A DNA stretch of 64,000 nucleotides from Octopus vulgaris (taxonomy: Eukaryota), in assembly GCA_951406725.2 (NCBI GenBank), contig OX597828.1, positions 15,748,001-15,812,000 on the forward strand, read 5' to 3'. Shown in pieces: positions 1 through 14,232 of this stretch. Under the pieces are notes generated by a model. The model saw nothing but the letters and a program-made list of their open reading frames with translations. It did no database searches and was not told the origin of the DNA. Position numbers and translations under genes: made by a program. The stretch's first letter is position 1, and each line of letters begins with the position of its first letter.

Positions 1-65
1 GTTTGTGTGTGTCTATGTGAGTACCTGTGTGTGTATGTTGCTGTATATGTTTGCTGTGTGCCTGT

Positions 66-115
<50 letters not shown>

Positions 116-136
116 TCCTATCCCATATATGTATAC

Positions 137-536
137 TCTCTTTTACTCTTTTACTTGTTTCAGTCATTTGACTGCAGCCATGCTTGAGCACCGCCTTTAG
201 TCGTGCAAATCGACCCCGGGACTTATTCTTTGTAAGCCCAGTACTTATTCTATCGGTCTCTTTTGCCGAACCGCTAAGTGACGGGGACGTAAACACACCA
301 GCATCGGTTGTCAAGCAATGCTAGGGGGACAAACACAGACACACAAACACATACATATATATACATATATACGACAGGCTTCTTTCAGATTCCATCTACC
401 AAATCCACTCACAAGGCATTGGTCGGCCCGGGACCATAGCAGAAGACACTTGCCCAAGATGCCACGCAGTGGGACTGAACCCGGAACCATGTGGTTGGTT
501 AGCTAGCTACTTACCACACAGCCACTCCTGCGCCTA
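137..536 (-). mobile_element. tRNA-derived SINE family A (CORE-like, internal microsatellite), near full-length copy
   Basis: The minus strand begins AGGAGTGGCTGTGTGGTAAG (A-box-like), then GGTTCAGTCCC (B-box-like) and a CORE-like TCTTGGGCAAGTG. It has an internal (TA)/(TG) tract and a ...GAAACAAGTAAAAGAGT tail. About 20 copies occur in the window. Boundaries are approximate. Confidence 0.85.
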
Positions 537-559
537 TGTGTAATTTGTATGTGTAATCA

Positions 560-775
560 TACTGATTTCAAAGTTTGGCACAACGCCAGCAATTTCGGAG
601 GCTGAGTAAGTCGATTACATCGACCCTAGTGTTCAACTGGTACTTATTTTTTCGACCGCCCCCCTCCTCCTCCACCAAAGAAATAAAAAGTGAAGTCGAT
701 CCCGACGGAATTTGAACTCAGAACTTGAAGAAATGCCGCTAGATGTGCTAACGGTTCTGCCAGCTCGCCGCCTTT
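560..775 (-). mobile_element. SINE family B (Meta-domain-like), diverged copy
   Basis: Reverse complement of GGCGAGCTGGCAGAA...GAGTTCAAATTCCG...GGTCGA...AAGTACCAGTTG, homologous to the full copy at 45152-45388. Confidence 0.7.
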
Positions 776-1370
776 GTATACGTTCGCATATTGGTACGTG
801 TAAGTTTAAATGTGTATGTGTGTGCATATATGTGTATGTATGTGCATTTGCGCGCGCGGTGCGTGTGTGGCACTATGTGTTCCCACCCCGCCGAAGTCCA
901 CTTGGCATTTCATCCTTTCGGGTTCAAGAAATGAAGTCTCAACATGCACTATTTCTGTGATTTTTACCTTCTCTATCGTAGAAATCTTTTGTGTTTAAAA
1001 CAAGACAATGGATTGCTCTACTACAACCAAAAATGGCTCTGACGAAAATAGCCTTTAATTTGAGTAAACTTATCAGTAGTGTACCTATAATGACTACTGG
1101 AAACATCTGTAAGCCAAATTTACTCCAATTAAGGAAAAATATTTAATGACCATTATTCATCCGTTGACTTAGATATCACTCTGTGTAAAAAACAGTTTGA
1201 CTGGGGCCCAATCACGGGGACCATAATCTAGGACCCTACCAGAAGAATACTCGGAGTTCTTCACTAATGAAGTATTTTGCCCGGATTGATAATCCCTCAC
1301 TATTAACTGTTTTATATATATACACATACATACATACATACATACATACATACATACATACATACATACA

Positions 1371-1401
<31 letters not shown>

Positions 1402-1575
1402 GTATGTATGTATGTATATGCGTATATGAGGTAGAGTTCTATCATAATAGTGCGGTAGCGTCAACAGCTTAATCTTTCGTAAATTGAAGTATCCATCCAA
1501 GGGGCGAACAAATTAGAGGTGTGATATAAATGTCCTTCACAAAACCACTTGGGTTGAGTATATTAAAGCTATGAG

Positions 1576-1629
<54 letters not shown>

Positions 1630-1767
1630 ACTCACACACGCATTCACACACACACACTATTTGACACATTTTTTTTTTGCTTTTTTAATCGGCCTTTAAC
1701 AAGGAATCCATCCGTGACCAATTCTATGTTTGTATTTTTTCCCTGTAAAATGTTCTGCCGACTACAA

Positions 1768-1824
<57 letters not shown>

Positions 1825-2309
1825 GCTCACACATATATATATATGCATATCTGCATAAATACGCGCGCGCGCCATATTTAAGTGGCAGACAAAATAACTT
1901 GTGGTATTTAGTCAGGGTCCTGGTTGTGATTTGAAATCCCGTCGAGGGCAACTTTGCCTTCCATTTCTCAGGGGCGGACGGACTCGATAAAACAAAAAAG
2001 TGAAGTACTGCCGTTGACTTTCCCGCAAATTTCATTTCTGTCTCTATACTAGAAGCAGTTATTTAAAATGTCTCACAAAATATCGTACGGTACATAGTTA
2101 TGGCTCTTTACATTATGAGTTCGAATCCTGCCAAAGACAATACGCAGAGACACGAAACTAGGAAATATGTTTTTTTCCCTTTTTTTAATGCTTTTTTTAA
2201 CTGTAGGTAAATGAATTGATTTTTGTGAGAGATTTGACTGCTATTTCTAGCATATTGAGTCACCACTTATTAGCGTTCTTTTCAGCCCGTTTATCTTAGT
2301 TTTATCTTT

Positions 2310-2650
2310 CATATCTTTTACTTGTTTCCCTCACTGAACTGTGGCCATGCTGGAGTACAGCCTTGAAGGGTTTTGTCGAACAAATCATCTCCGGTACGTA
2401 TTTTTAAGTTTGTTATTTTATTCTGTCGGTGTCTTGTACCTAACTGCTAAGTTATGTGGACATAAACACATCAACACCGGTTGTCACGTAGTGGTAGGTC
2501 ACACACACACACACACACACACTCACACATTACACAGTTTCCGTCAACCAAACTCACTGACAAGGCACAGGTTGGCGCGGGGCTATAGTAAAAGACACTA
2601 GCTGCCCCAAGGTGCCACGCAGTGGTGCTGAACCCGAAACCGCGCTCTTG
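2310..2650 (-). mobile_element. SINE family A copy
   Basis: Homologous to 137-536 (TTACTTGTTTC...GGCCATGCTGGAG...CCAAGGTGCCACGCAGTGG). Confidence 0.75.
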
Positions 2651-4134
2651 CAAGTGGTTTTATGGGAGACTTGGCTGCTCTTTCTGGAATATCGAACTAC
2701 CTCTAAGAAGCTTTCTTTTCGACAAATTTATTTATTAGTTATTGCTATTATAAAACCCCAGGTCATCTGTTTACGCAGACTTATGGTCAAAAGCGTTGAA
2801 ACCGTGACCGTTCCATCTATTATTCCGATCATGTAGTTCTTAAGACTATCACCACAAGCGTCCTTCCTTCCTCTCTTTTAATGACCGTAGGTTTTGGTTC
2901 GAAGCAGATTTCGCTGCTCTTTTTAGAGTATCTATTAGAGTCGTGTGCCGTTGAATAAATGACAAAGCCTTCTCATATTCATTCTCCTCTATGTTAAGCA
3001 GACCAGTTACCAAAGGAGCTTTCCAACCGTGACCATCCTATCTTAACTCCTATCTTTCTTCACGTATTATAAACCCCAGATCATTGAAGGTGACTGATTT
3101 CTTTTTTTTTAATGTTAGCAAGTGCTTTTGAGGGCGATTTAGCTACTTTGTAAATGTAAAATGTTGCTGGGCAGCCCCCGCCGGGTTAGCCCCCTGTGGT
3201 TAATCCTGATTAACTTAAGATCAAAAGCAATCCAGCTGTGACCATCCTGTTCCCCACCCCCAGTGTGCAAAAACCTCAGGATCACATTTATCAACACGTT
3301 CTTTTTCGAAGACGGTGGGGTGTAATTTAAAGAAAATTTGGTTGCTATTTCTAGTTGCTCAGTCACCCGACCACACAGTGTCTCTCTTACGTTGGCTTGC
3401 GCAATATGAAAAGTTATCGGTTCGTTAAAAACCTAAGCAGATGGCTGTCGTTTTTTCTCTTTATTTTCGCTCTTTTTAAATGATTAATCTTGATAAACCA
3501 GTGTTTTCTCTAATCTTTTTAAGAAATCGACACACTTTTATTTCACTATAAGTGAAACGACACACGGCATACTATAAATAGTATAACATTTATTTAAAGC
3601 GTTGAATAAAAACGAAACTTGGCTCGCTCGTGTCTATGTATATGAGAGAGAGAGTAGGGGGAGAAAGAGTAAGCATGCGCAGATCAAATTAGGTAATTAA
3701 GTTTAATTTTAATCTGTAAAAAAGTGTAAAAAAAGAAAAAAGAGAAATGAAATAGAGCAATATGAGATCGGAAAATATCGGGATACATCAGTAAATTTAG
3801 CGATATACTTGAAATGTCGAGACAGCGGTGTTGGAAAATACAGCGGCGAAATAAACAAGGGCAAATTTTTATTTTCATTTCGCCGACATCCTTTAAAACA
3901 AAACATTCAAACATCGTCTGACACAACAAATCCTTGGGTTATGGTACACCGAGCTTCTTATCAATTACACACCTTTGTATATTTGTCTCTTTATTTATTT
4001 ATGTGTACAAAGAGTGCAAAGTCAATTTCAATTCCCAATAGAAACAGCTTCACTTCATTAATCTGTTAATAACCATCGATAAAGGCTTTTTGGCCGTTTA
4101 ATCGTATTATTTGACTTCCTCTCTACACTGATAA

Positions 4135-4330
4135 CCTTTAGCACTCCGGGCAAAATACTTTGGTGGCAATTCGTCCGTCTTTACAATCTAAGTTCAAATT
4201 CCACCGAGGTCGACTCTATCTTTCATTCTTTCGGAGTCGATAAAATAAATATGAGTCGAGCATTGGGTTCGATGTAATCGACTTACTGCCTCCTTCGAAC
4301 TTGCCGGCCTTGTGCTTATAGTAGAAAATA
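4135..4330 (+). mobile_element. SINE family B copy
   Basis: GTTCAAATTCCACCGAGGTCGACT...TTTCGGAGTCGATAAAATAA...GATGTAATCGACTTA matches family B. Confidence 0.7.
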
Positions 4331-4617
4331 TTAATTGTGATACATTCACACTGTGGCATGGTTGGATATACCGAGACGGTTGACACTTTTCACTCGCAGT
4401 GTTTCCTTTACATATTGGCGATGCTGGTGGCGGAAACGTGTTATACGCAACGTCCTGGCGTCGTTAAACGTAAGCTTCGAGAAAGAAGCCTTTCTTTTAA
4501 CGGAATGTGGCTCACCGAACCCACAGACCCAGTTTTCGGTGGCGTGACGTTGCAAATGAATATAAAGCACTTGATTTCTAACAGAGGGTTTAAAGTCTGA
4601 TGTTTTCTCAAGAAGAA

Positions 4618-5040
4618 AGATCGGTTTGAACGGCAGTTTTTTAAAAATAATTTCCACGTAACTAAACACTTTTAAACTTCGTATACTGGTAGAATGTGTT
4701 TATAAAACATCTTTTTCTCTTGGCTTTATTGAGAAAATTCTATAGTTTGTAAGATATTTGTTGTTTTTTTTCTTCAATTTCTGCAATTTCAACCAATCAC
4801 TGACGTCTATTGGGGTGAAAACATTCTGTGCCGTATGAATATTTCCCTCGTTTAAGAAACAGATTGGGTTTATTTACATTTCGGAAGAAAAAGAGATGCC
4901 CTTCCCCCCACCCCTAACCCTAAATAACCCTAACCCTAAAACAGATTGAAATGCAATAGATCGATACTAGGGTCATAATTATGGGTGACAATTTCATATG
5001 ACACTGCTAGAAAAAACTGCCGTTCAAACCGAAAAGATCC
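4618..5040. mobile_element. MITE with ~29-bp TIRs and 8-bp TSD (Merlin-like), containing telomeric repeats
   Basis: Right TIR AAAAACTGCCGTTCAAACCGAAAAGATCC; the left TIR has a short deletion. Flanks are AAGAAGAA (4610-4617) and AAGAAGTA (5041-5048). Internal CCCTAA repeats at ~4911-4939. An inverted sister copy lies at 15512-15947. Confidence 0.8.
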
Positions 5041-5839
5041 AAGAAGTATTATAATTAATCATATTAATTCGAATACTAAGTGTTATTCATATTCCATATG
5101 AATAACACTTATTTTATTCCCACTCCTCCGGAACGATGACGGTAAAAGTAGAGACTTCAGAAGGGTTTCTTCCCAGAACTTAAAAGATAAACAAGTAAAT
5201 ATCATCGCTTTAGCGATTCCGTTATTCCACATATTACCGGATATCTACGAAAGAAATCGTTATGAATTTCAAGTCAGATATAAGATTAGATTCAGTAGCT
5301 AATATCACTCGATATCGATAACATATGCCAGTTATGTGCTGTGGATCAGTTCTGTTGAGCCCATCCTTCACTTTGAGTGTATCCTGTTTATATCAATGCT
5401 TCTTTACCTCTCTTTTTCTTCTATTCCTCCATTTACCAGTTTATTATCTCGATCCTTCCACCTGCGCATGACACGAAAAAATTATTTTTCTAATAATGTA
5501 TTGCATAGCATTATCAGCATTACATTTATTTAGTAACAGCGGCGTAGCCTGGGTTTTAGCTGCCCTGTATGGTTGTGAAAATGGCTGTCCCTCTTTCCTT
5601 AAACGTAGCGTTCCTCGAACTACAATAAGTACACGTACATAAAGAGGATGACGTGTGCAGTCTGCACACCGCAGCGATATCTGGACGATATTAGGTTTTA
5701 TGTACATATTTCTACGTGACTAATAATGAAACCTAAAGAAATATGCCTATTTCTGTGTTTTCTCGGATTGTTTTGGCTTCATTGATAATCCCACAAAGGT
5801 GGTTAGTTGGCACTATCGTTAATATGCAGGACAAAATTA

Positions 5840-6002
5840 TGTGGCCGTGTGGTAAGTAGCTTGCTTACGAACCATATGGTTCCGGGTTCAGTCCCACTGC
5901 GTGGTACCTTGGGCAAGTGTCTTCTACTATAGCCTCGGGCCGACCAAAGCCTTGTGAGTGGATTTGGTAGACGGAAACTGAAAGAAACCCGTCGTATATA
6001 TG

Positions 6003-6035
<33 letters not shown>

Positions 6036-6250
6036 ATATATTTGTGTGTCTGTGTTTGACCCCCAACATCGCTTGACAACCGATCCTGATGTGTTTACAT
6101 TCCCGTAATCTAGCGGTTCGGCAAAAGAGACCGATAGAATAAGTACTAGGTTTACAAAGAATAAGTCTTGGGGTCGATTTCTTCGACTAAAGGCGGTGCT
6201 CCTGCATGGCCACAGTCAAATTACTGAAACAAGTAAAAAGGTAAAAGAGT
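5840..6250 (+). mobile_element. SINE family A copy
   Basis: GTGGCCGTGTGGTAAGTAGCTTGC...GGTTCAGTCCCACTGCGTGG...GAAACAAGTAAAAAG. Confidence 0.85.
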
Positions 6251-6993
6251 AAAGGAGGTCTTGTACGTTTAGTAAAAAGGATTGGTTATTAGTCCCACAA
6301 AAATGGTGTGTTGGCAGAACCAGACAAAACGCTTAGCGGCATTTCTTCTGGAACTCAACATTCTGGTTTCGAATCCCATCGAAGTCAACTTTGTCATTCT
6401 TTTGAAATCGATGAAATAAAGTATCAGTGTAATCGATTCGCCCTACCTCCACAACTTCACTGGCCTTGTGCCAAAACCAACTATCACCAGTTTCTGGTTA
6501 AGACAAGGCTAGCAGTTTTGAGAGAGGGGCGTTAGTCGATAACACTAGCTGGAACTTTATTATATCGATCCCGAAAAAATGAAAGATAAAGATGTCTTCT
6601 GTGGGTTTTGAAGTCTGAATGTTTCGAGTGAACGGTGTCAGTAATGACACAAAATGAATAGTTTCTCCATTGGAACTCCCAAATTTTCCCCTTGGGATTC
6701 AAAAATTTCAGTCCCACAAATGGTGATTCATCTATGATAAGAATTGTGAATTAAGACCTAACGTTAGAAATCTATATTCGGTTTATCCGTGATTCTTTTT
6801 TTCAGTTTGTTCCGAACTAGGAAGATATCGCAATGAAGTAAAATTATTGATATACTCGCCATATTGACAAAAGAAAGGCGTCGAGGTAATCGATCGACTT
6901 ACTAGAAATAACAACCTAATCTCCCTTGAATCCTGTACTACCAATTTAATAAAAAAAAGTGGAAGGTCATATTAGATACTGTAGTTTCAGATA

Positions 6994-7082
<89 letters not shown>

Positions 7083-7579
7083 CCTCGCACTCTTTCCCTC
7101 CCTCTTCCTCTCTCACTTTCCACGTATGTGTGTATGTGTGTGTTTGGAAACAAAAATGGGGATGGTCACAGATGGAAAGTTTTGATTACATTTGTTCAGT
7201 CATGGCTTGCCTGAAGGTTAGACAACCAGCAGCTAACCAAATAATCCGCCATATTGGTTTGTTTTGATTAGATGTAAAGCCAGCTCTCGCGTGTAAATGT
7301 CGAAGTCGTCTGTACCTCTTTTATAGACCCCAGGAGGAATGAAATAAATGTTATTTCTGACTGGATGCGAACTAAAAACAAAGAAAGATGAAGTTAACCA
7401 TTAGATTCTGTTGTAATTTAGTCACCGTCTTTGATTATCTCTGTCTGATCGAGCAGACGTGATAATCTAAGGTAATACGTACGCTGACTACCAATTGAAT
7501 TTTTTTCATGCATAGTATATCTAGATTTACATTAGCCAGCGTATCGTTTTATTGGTAGTGGTATTATTTGAGTAAGATT

Positions 7580-7805
7580 TGAGGCAACGAACCTGACAGA
7601 ATCGTTAGAACGCCTTATAAAATGCTTAGAAATATTTTGTCCGTCTTTACGTTCTGAGTTCAAATTCCGCCGAGGTCGACTTTGCGTTTAATCCTTTCGA
7701 GGTCGATGAAATAAGTTCCATTTGAGGACTAAGGTCGATGAAATCGACTACCCCACTCCCTTCTCCCCGAAATTTCGGTCCTTGTGCCTATAAGTAGAAA
7801 GGATT
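7580..7805 (+). mobile_element. SINE family B copy
   Basis: CAGAATCGTTAG...TTCTGAGTTCAAATTCCGCCGAGGTCGACTTTGC...CCTTGTGCCTATA. Confidence 0.75.
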
Positions 7806-8261
7806 GTTTGAGTAAGGTTTGGCTGCTATTTCTTGCAAATTAACGATTACGTAGAATCTTCCACCTATTTGGCTTTACTAGATTCTTACACAAACACTAA
7901 GTCAATTTTCAATTTTTGTTGAGTGAAAGAGCTAAACGAGATACATATGTTTCCAGGCTATTAACGGTATTTATATTAACCATTCTAGACACGAGAAATT
8001 AAAAGAAAAAGAAGAAAAAAACCCAACAAAAAACAAAAACAAAATGACATTATAGGATTTGAATATAACAGGACGCAAACTACACCGACAATCCTGTCAT
8101 ATTTTATAAAATTTATGTTTATTCTAAATTTGTTTCACAGGATACACATCGCACATCAATTTACTCTATGAAAATATCGCTACAGTATTACATATTCTGC
8201 TAACCCATTCTGCCTATGTATTGCGTATACCGTTGACGTATTATGATCAACTATTCCCTAA

Positions 8262-8333
<72 letters not shown>

Positions 8334-8412
8334 GTTTTTTTTCCATCTCTTCTTCCCAAAATGAAAAGCTCTACTTTGTATTTTGTCCCTTCTGTGTTCA
8401 GCACGGCGTGGC

Positions 8413-8506
<94 letters not shown>

Positions 8507-8651
8507 GCTTGTCTGTCTGTCTGTTTGTGTGTGTGTGTGTCTGTTTGTCTGTATGTATGTATGTACAGTCAGTATATAACTTTCAAACTATTCTTATAGT
8601 GATAATATATATTTGTCAATATATATTATCACTATAAGAATAGTTTGAAAG

Positions 8652-8820
8652 TTACGTTCCGGGTTCAAATTCCGCCGAGGTCGACTTTGCCTTTCATCCT
8701 TTCGGGGTCGATAAATTAAGTACCAGTTACGCACTGTGGGTCGATGTAATCGACTTAATCCCTTTGTCTGCCCTTGTTTGTCCCCTCTGTGTTTAGCCCC
8801 TTGTGGGTAGTAAAGAAATA
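8652..8820 (+). mobile_element. 5'-truncated SINE family B copy with 21-bp TSD and inverted flank duplication
   Basis: TSD AATATATATTTGTCAATATAT at 8604-8624 and 8817-8837. A perfect 37-bp inverted repeat sits at 8577-8613 / 8618-8654. Confidence 0.8.
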
Positions 8821-8849
8821 TATATTTGTCAATATATTCTTATCAACGC

Positions 8850-9255
8850 AAGCACACGGTCTCAAGTTCAGTCCTACTGCACGGCATCTTGGGCAAGTGT
8901 TTTCTACTATAGCATCCGAATCGATTAATGCCTTGTGAGTGAATTTGGTAGACGGAAACTGTGTGGAAGCCCATCGTATACTTACATACTTACGCACACA
9001 CACACACACACACAGGCCCGCGTGTGTGTACGTGTGTATTTTTGTTTCTCCACCCACACACCACTTGACAACCGGTGTTGGTTTGTTTACATCCCCGTAA
9101 CTTACCGGTTCAGCGGAAGGAAACGATAGAATAAGTACCGGACTCGGAAGAAATACTACCTGACCCGAGGTTGATTTGATTTACTAAATCCTTTTAAGGC
9201 GGTACCCCGGCATGGCCGCAGTCATCGCCGGAGCAAGTAAGAGAATAAAAGAATA
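8850..9255 (+). mobile_element. SINE family A copy
   Basis: GTTCAGTCCTACTG...CTTGGGCAAGTG...GGTAGACGGAAACTG...GCATGGCCGCAGTC. Confidence 0.75.
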
Positions 9256-9269
9256 AAGGAATAAAGGAA

Positions 9270-11410
9270 TTCCATTGACGTATTCTTTCGAACGATTATG
9301 ATAGTACAACGTATTCCAGCAACATATTTACCTGAAGTATTCCTATAATACACATACAAATATAATCAACATATGCTGCTTAAATAGTCTCAGAATATAC
9401 ATATTCCATAGAAGTATTTACATTAAGTATTCTAGTGAAATTTCTAAAACCTCGGAGAAAACGGCAGTTCATTGCAAATATAGATATTTTCTAAAATTTA
9501 TTATAATTGTGCGCTTTGTTTTCCTCGCATCTTAAATGATTAATGGTGGACGTCGTCCATCGAAATTCTAACAACACTACTGTAGAGTATACATTTTCCG
9601 GCAATATATTCTATTAAAGTATTCCATAATCCATCAATGTATTCATTGAAAAACAATCCCTGTGGAATAAACATGGAATTGTTATACTATACGTACTTTA
9701 TAAACGTATAAACATTTTCTATAAAAGTATATCATATAATATGCATGCTCCGTCGATGTTGTCTATGAAAGTATTCCAATAGTAATACATTTTTCGTCAT
9801 TGTATTTTTCGAAAGAAATTACTATAGTATAAACATTCTACCAAACGTTTCATTTTTGCAGTATTTCTATAGCATACAAATTTAATAAACGTATTCTATA
9901 AAAATATTCCTATAGCATACATATTCCGTCAACATATTCTAATCATTGTATTACTTTGGCATGCATAGTCTGTTAACAAATTCATATTCCATCATTCCAG
10001 ATTCTTTCGTAGTGTTTCTGTTTAGTACACGCATTCCGTTATCGTATGCCATCTTACAAAATAGCAATATTGTATTATGTTGAAATATAATATACAAAAT
10101 AATATATTATAATACTTTACAATATAATACAGTTATAATATATCGTATTATTTTAAAGAAAGAACTTTTACATATTGAGAAATGTATTACACAACTATTT
10201 GTACATATTTTGTCAACATGTTCATTAAATTATTCTATCAAACTATTTATTCCTAGAGAATACGTATTCCGCAATATGAGAGAGCCATTACGTGATCGTA
10301 CGACCAGTTAAAAATAGCAACCAAATCTTCTGGAAATTATAAGCCTATCATCATAGAGAAGGACATGTTGGTTAATGTGGTCCTTTGGGTTCTCTTACAC
10401 ATGACGGGGAAAAAAAAGAAAAGAAAAAAAATGGAATGAATTGCTATGATTGGAATAGTTTTGGCCATAGGTCAGTTGGATAAAAGCTGACGTACGGTTG
10501 AATAACACAAGCAACCCTATGAACATATTCTTGTATCATATATACTTCGTCAACGTGTTTTAAAACACGATTCTATCATTCTAGAATTATAGGATTCTAA
10601 CATAGTATTTTATATATATTCCGCTAGTGTCTCCTTTTAGAGTATTGCTACTTTATACAGGTTCCGTCAACGTATTCTGTTTAAAGTATTTCTGATTTTC
10701 ACATATTTCGTCTGTGCAATCTTTTACTGTATTCTTAGTTTACACATATTCCGACATTGTATTCTGTTTAAGTGTTTTCTTAACACGAATTTTATCAACG
10801 CGAATTTTATCAACGTATTCAAATAAGGTATTGTCTGCGGAATACATATTCTGACCCCGTATTCTATTAATGTATTCCAATAGTATATATATTCCACCAA
10901 CGTAGTCTACAAAAGCAGTCCTTGTATACACATATTCCGTCAACGTATTCTTTTATTGTGTTTCTATACTGTATTGCATTGTATTCCGTATATATCAATG
11001 TTCTGTTGTTCTCCTATATTCTATCAACACATTCTTTTAAAGTGTTTCTATAATATATATACATATATATGTAATATGTATGTATATATGTGTGCTCGTA
11101 TTCCTACAGCATACATATTCTATTAACGTATAATTCTAATGAATTTTTATAATATACATACTTTATAAACGCGTTCTGGAAAAGTATTCCAATGTTCTAT
11201 CTATGTGTTCTGTTAAAGTATTCCTATACATGTCGACGTAGTCTAAATATTTCTATATATTCACAACGCATTCTTTTAAAACAATTCTATAGTATTCACA
11301 TAATCTTTTAGCGTATTCTGCTAAAATATTCTTACGATATACATACATACATACATACATATTCTAAACGTATTCTGTGTGGGTGTATTTTCCACGTATT
11401 AATACATAGT
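9270..11410. repeat. Degenerate ~43-bp minisatellite array
   Basis: Recurrent unit ~AACGTATTCTATTAAAGTATTCCTATAGCATACATATTCCGTC, with AAC anchors at 9844, 9888 and 9931. A dispersed repeat interrupts it at ~10280-10515. Confidence 0.65.
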
Positions 11411-11431
11411 ATTTGTCCGAGTTTTATCTTA

Positions 11432-11540
<109 letters not shown>

Positions 11541-11690
11541 CGTGTGTGCGTGCGTGTGCATATATGTATATATTATTATCAAGGAAGTGGATAATAAAGA
11601 AATAGTTGTCCATTTCGGGATATTTTATATACCTTACTTATTGTGAATATTTTCCAGTAACTAAGCAGTAAGGTATGTCAAACTTCATAA

Positions 11691-11734
<44 letters not shown>

Positions 11735-11735
<1 letters not shown>

Positions 11736-12156
11736 TTTTTATTCTTTTACTTGTTTCAGTCATTTGACTGCAGCTATGCTGGAGCACCACCTTTAAGTCG
11801 AGCAAATCGACCCCAAGACTTATTCTTTGTAAGCCTAGTACTTATTCTATCGGACTCTTTTTGCCGAACCCCTAAGTTACGGGAACGTAAGCACACCAGC
11901 ATCGGATGTCAAGCGATGTTGGGGGGGGGGGGACAAACACAGACACACAAATACGCACACACATACACACATATATATATGTATATACATATATACGATG
12001 GGCTTCTTTCAGTTTCCGTCTACCAAATCCACTTACAAGGCAGTGGTCGGCCCGAGGCTATAGTAGAAGACACTTGCCCAACGTGTCACGCAGTGAGACT
12101 GAACCCGCAACCATGTCGTTAGTAAGCAAGCTACTTACCAGACAGTCATTCCTGCA

Positions 12157-12158
<2 letters not shown>
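11735..12158 (-). mobile_element. SINE family A copy
   Basis: Homologous to 137-536 over its full length; embedded in (TA)n. Confidence 0.85.
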
Positions 12159-12194
<36 letters not shown>

Positions 12195-12266
12195 TCAAAT
12201 TTTGACACAGGGCCAGTAAAGACAGAACGTAAAGACAGACAAAATGCTGCTAAGCATTATATATAA

Positions 12267-12611
<345 letters not shown>

Positions 12612-13378
12612 GTTTGTATGTATGTATATGTACACGTACAAAATTGCAAACATATGTATACAAACACATGTATAGTGTATATAGCCCTCCCCACATATAC
12701 TCGTTATATATGATTTATACTATATATGTATATATGGGAAGTCGACTCGAGTCCGAGTGAAACTATTTTTCTAAGAATCAAAACTCCAAGAAGTTCCTGC
12801 ACACGAGTTTGTTAAGTTTTGAGTAAAGTATTGCACAACACCGAACGCAGTTTCCATGGCACGACAGAAGTTGACAGGTAAAAAAATCAGCTGCTTTTCA
12901 GGTGATTTATCCGACTTTACCTTGTCTAAGAAGGAAGTGCTAACGAGAGAGAAGTAGCGGTCCTTCATTCTCTTTTGTCAATATACTAAATTAGTTCATA
13001 GCTGGGAGGATCCTGACAGGTGTTACTATTCTGGGTCAGAGTAGACATGGGAACAAATAGTGACTAAGAGTTGATTCCACGCTCCTCAAAATCCACGCGA
13101 CTCCCGAATCAAAGCTCTAACTACCAAATGCATTTTGAAGTCTTACCCAGGACACACACAAACACACATACATGTATATATTCCATCCTACTATATAGGC
13201 CTGAAATTCTAGGGGAAGGGCGCTAATCGATTACATCAGCTCCAGTAGTTGACTGGTATGTCATCCTTAAGGGATAGAAGACATAGTTGGCCTGGGCGGA
13301 ATTTGAACTAAGAATGTGAAGGGGGCCGGAAAACCACTAAGCATTTTGCTTGACGTGTTAACGGTTCAGCCAGCTCGC

Positions 13379-13418
<40 letters not shown>

Positions 13419-13442
13419 TACATACATACGTATTTATATGCA

Positions 13443-13525
<83 letters not shown>

Positions 13526-14232
13526 GTATGTATGTGTGTATTCTGTGTGTGTATGTGTGTGTGTGTGTGTGTGTGTTTGTGCGTATATTGTATGACATCA
13601 GTCGATAAATGTTGGCTATGTATCTCTACATGAAAAATACCTCTCGGGGGCGTATGGTTGGGTCAAGATTTTACTTTATATAATTTTATTTATCTTCATT
13701 AAAGGCACGTGGTGGATTTATGGGCAAAATGTTATGATCGTGGGTGGGGGGTTCGATCTCCGGACCGAGCAGTAGATGTATTTTATTTTTATTTTTTATT
13801 TATTTTTTTATTTTAGCAAAAAAACACTTCATTTTACGTCGTCCCTGTCCGCTTTGCTATTAATGACTTTCAACAATAGCTAGGGAGTTTATCCTGTGGC
13901 AGATGTCCCCCTTCAAAAGGGAGTGTTGTACTCGCAACCAGTTATGCGTTATGGGAAATGGGTTAAGCTTTGGCTTTATGGGGCCTAATTTTCATGGCAG
14001 ACCTGAGTCTATGCGAGTCATTTTTTCCTTATGAAAAGGCAGTGAGGGCAACATGCAGCACGACTTATTGGAACTAATTAAGCTCGCAGGTGAAATCTCG
14101 ATGTACAGAGTCGGTCCAAATATCGCAAAACGATTTTAACAAGCTACCAACACACACATAATATATATGTATGCATACATGTATATTTATGTAAGTATAA
14201 ATACATATTTATGTCTATATATATATATATAT

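Noticed and set aside
318-506. Recurrent ORFs such as [29 protein letters not shown] (also 5803, 11906, 24023, 33197)
   Set aside because: Read-through of the antisense strand of SINE family A; frames are not conserved among copies.
3620-3900. Second promoter (GCATGCGCA NRF1-like motif, CpG-retaining)
   Set aside because: A single partial motif; no associated exon or splice donor could be identified.
4337-4669. Overlapping 64-107-aa ORFs in CpG-rich unique DNA
   Set aside because: No recognisable domain and no convincing splice-site pair; one ORF runs into the MITE.
4911-4939. Telomere or chromosome-fusion relic
   Set aside because: The repeats are internal to a TIR element that has a second copy at 15512-15947.
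9270-11410. Possible CRISPR-like array
   Set aside because: Eukaryotic context; the units are uniformly degenerate, with no invariant repeat/unique spacer alternation and no cas genes.
12770-12970. Coding-looking segment (LQEVPAHEFVKF*VKYCTTP...)
   Set aside because: It has an in-frame stop and no recognised family; possibly a transposable-element remnant, but that cannot be supported without a search.
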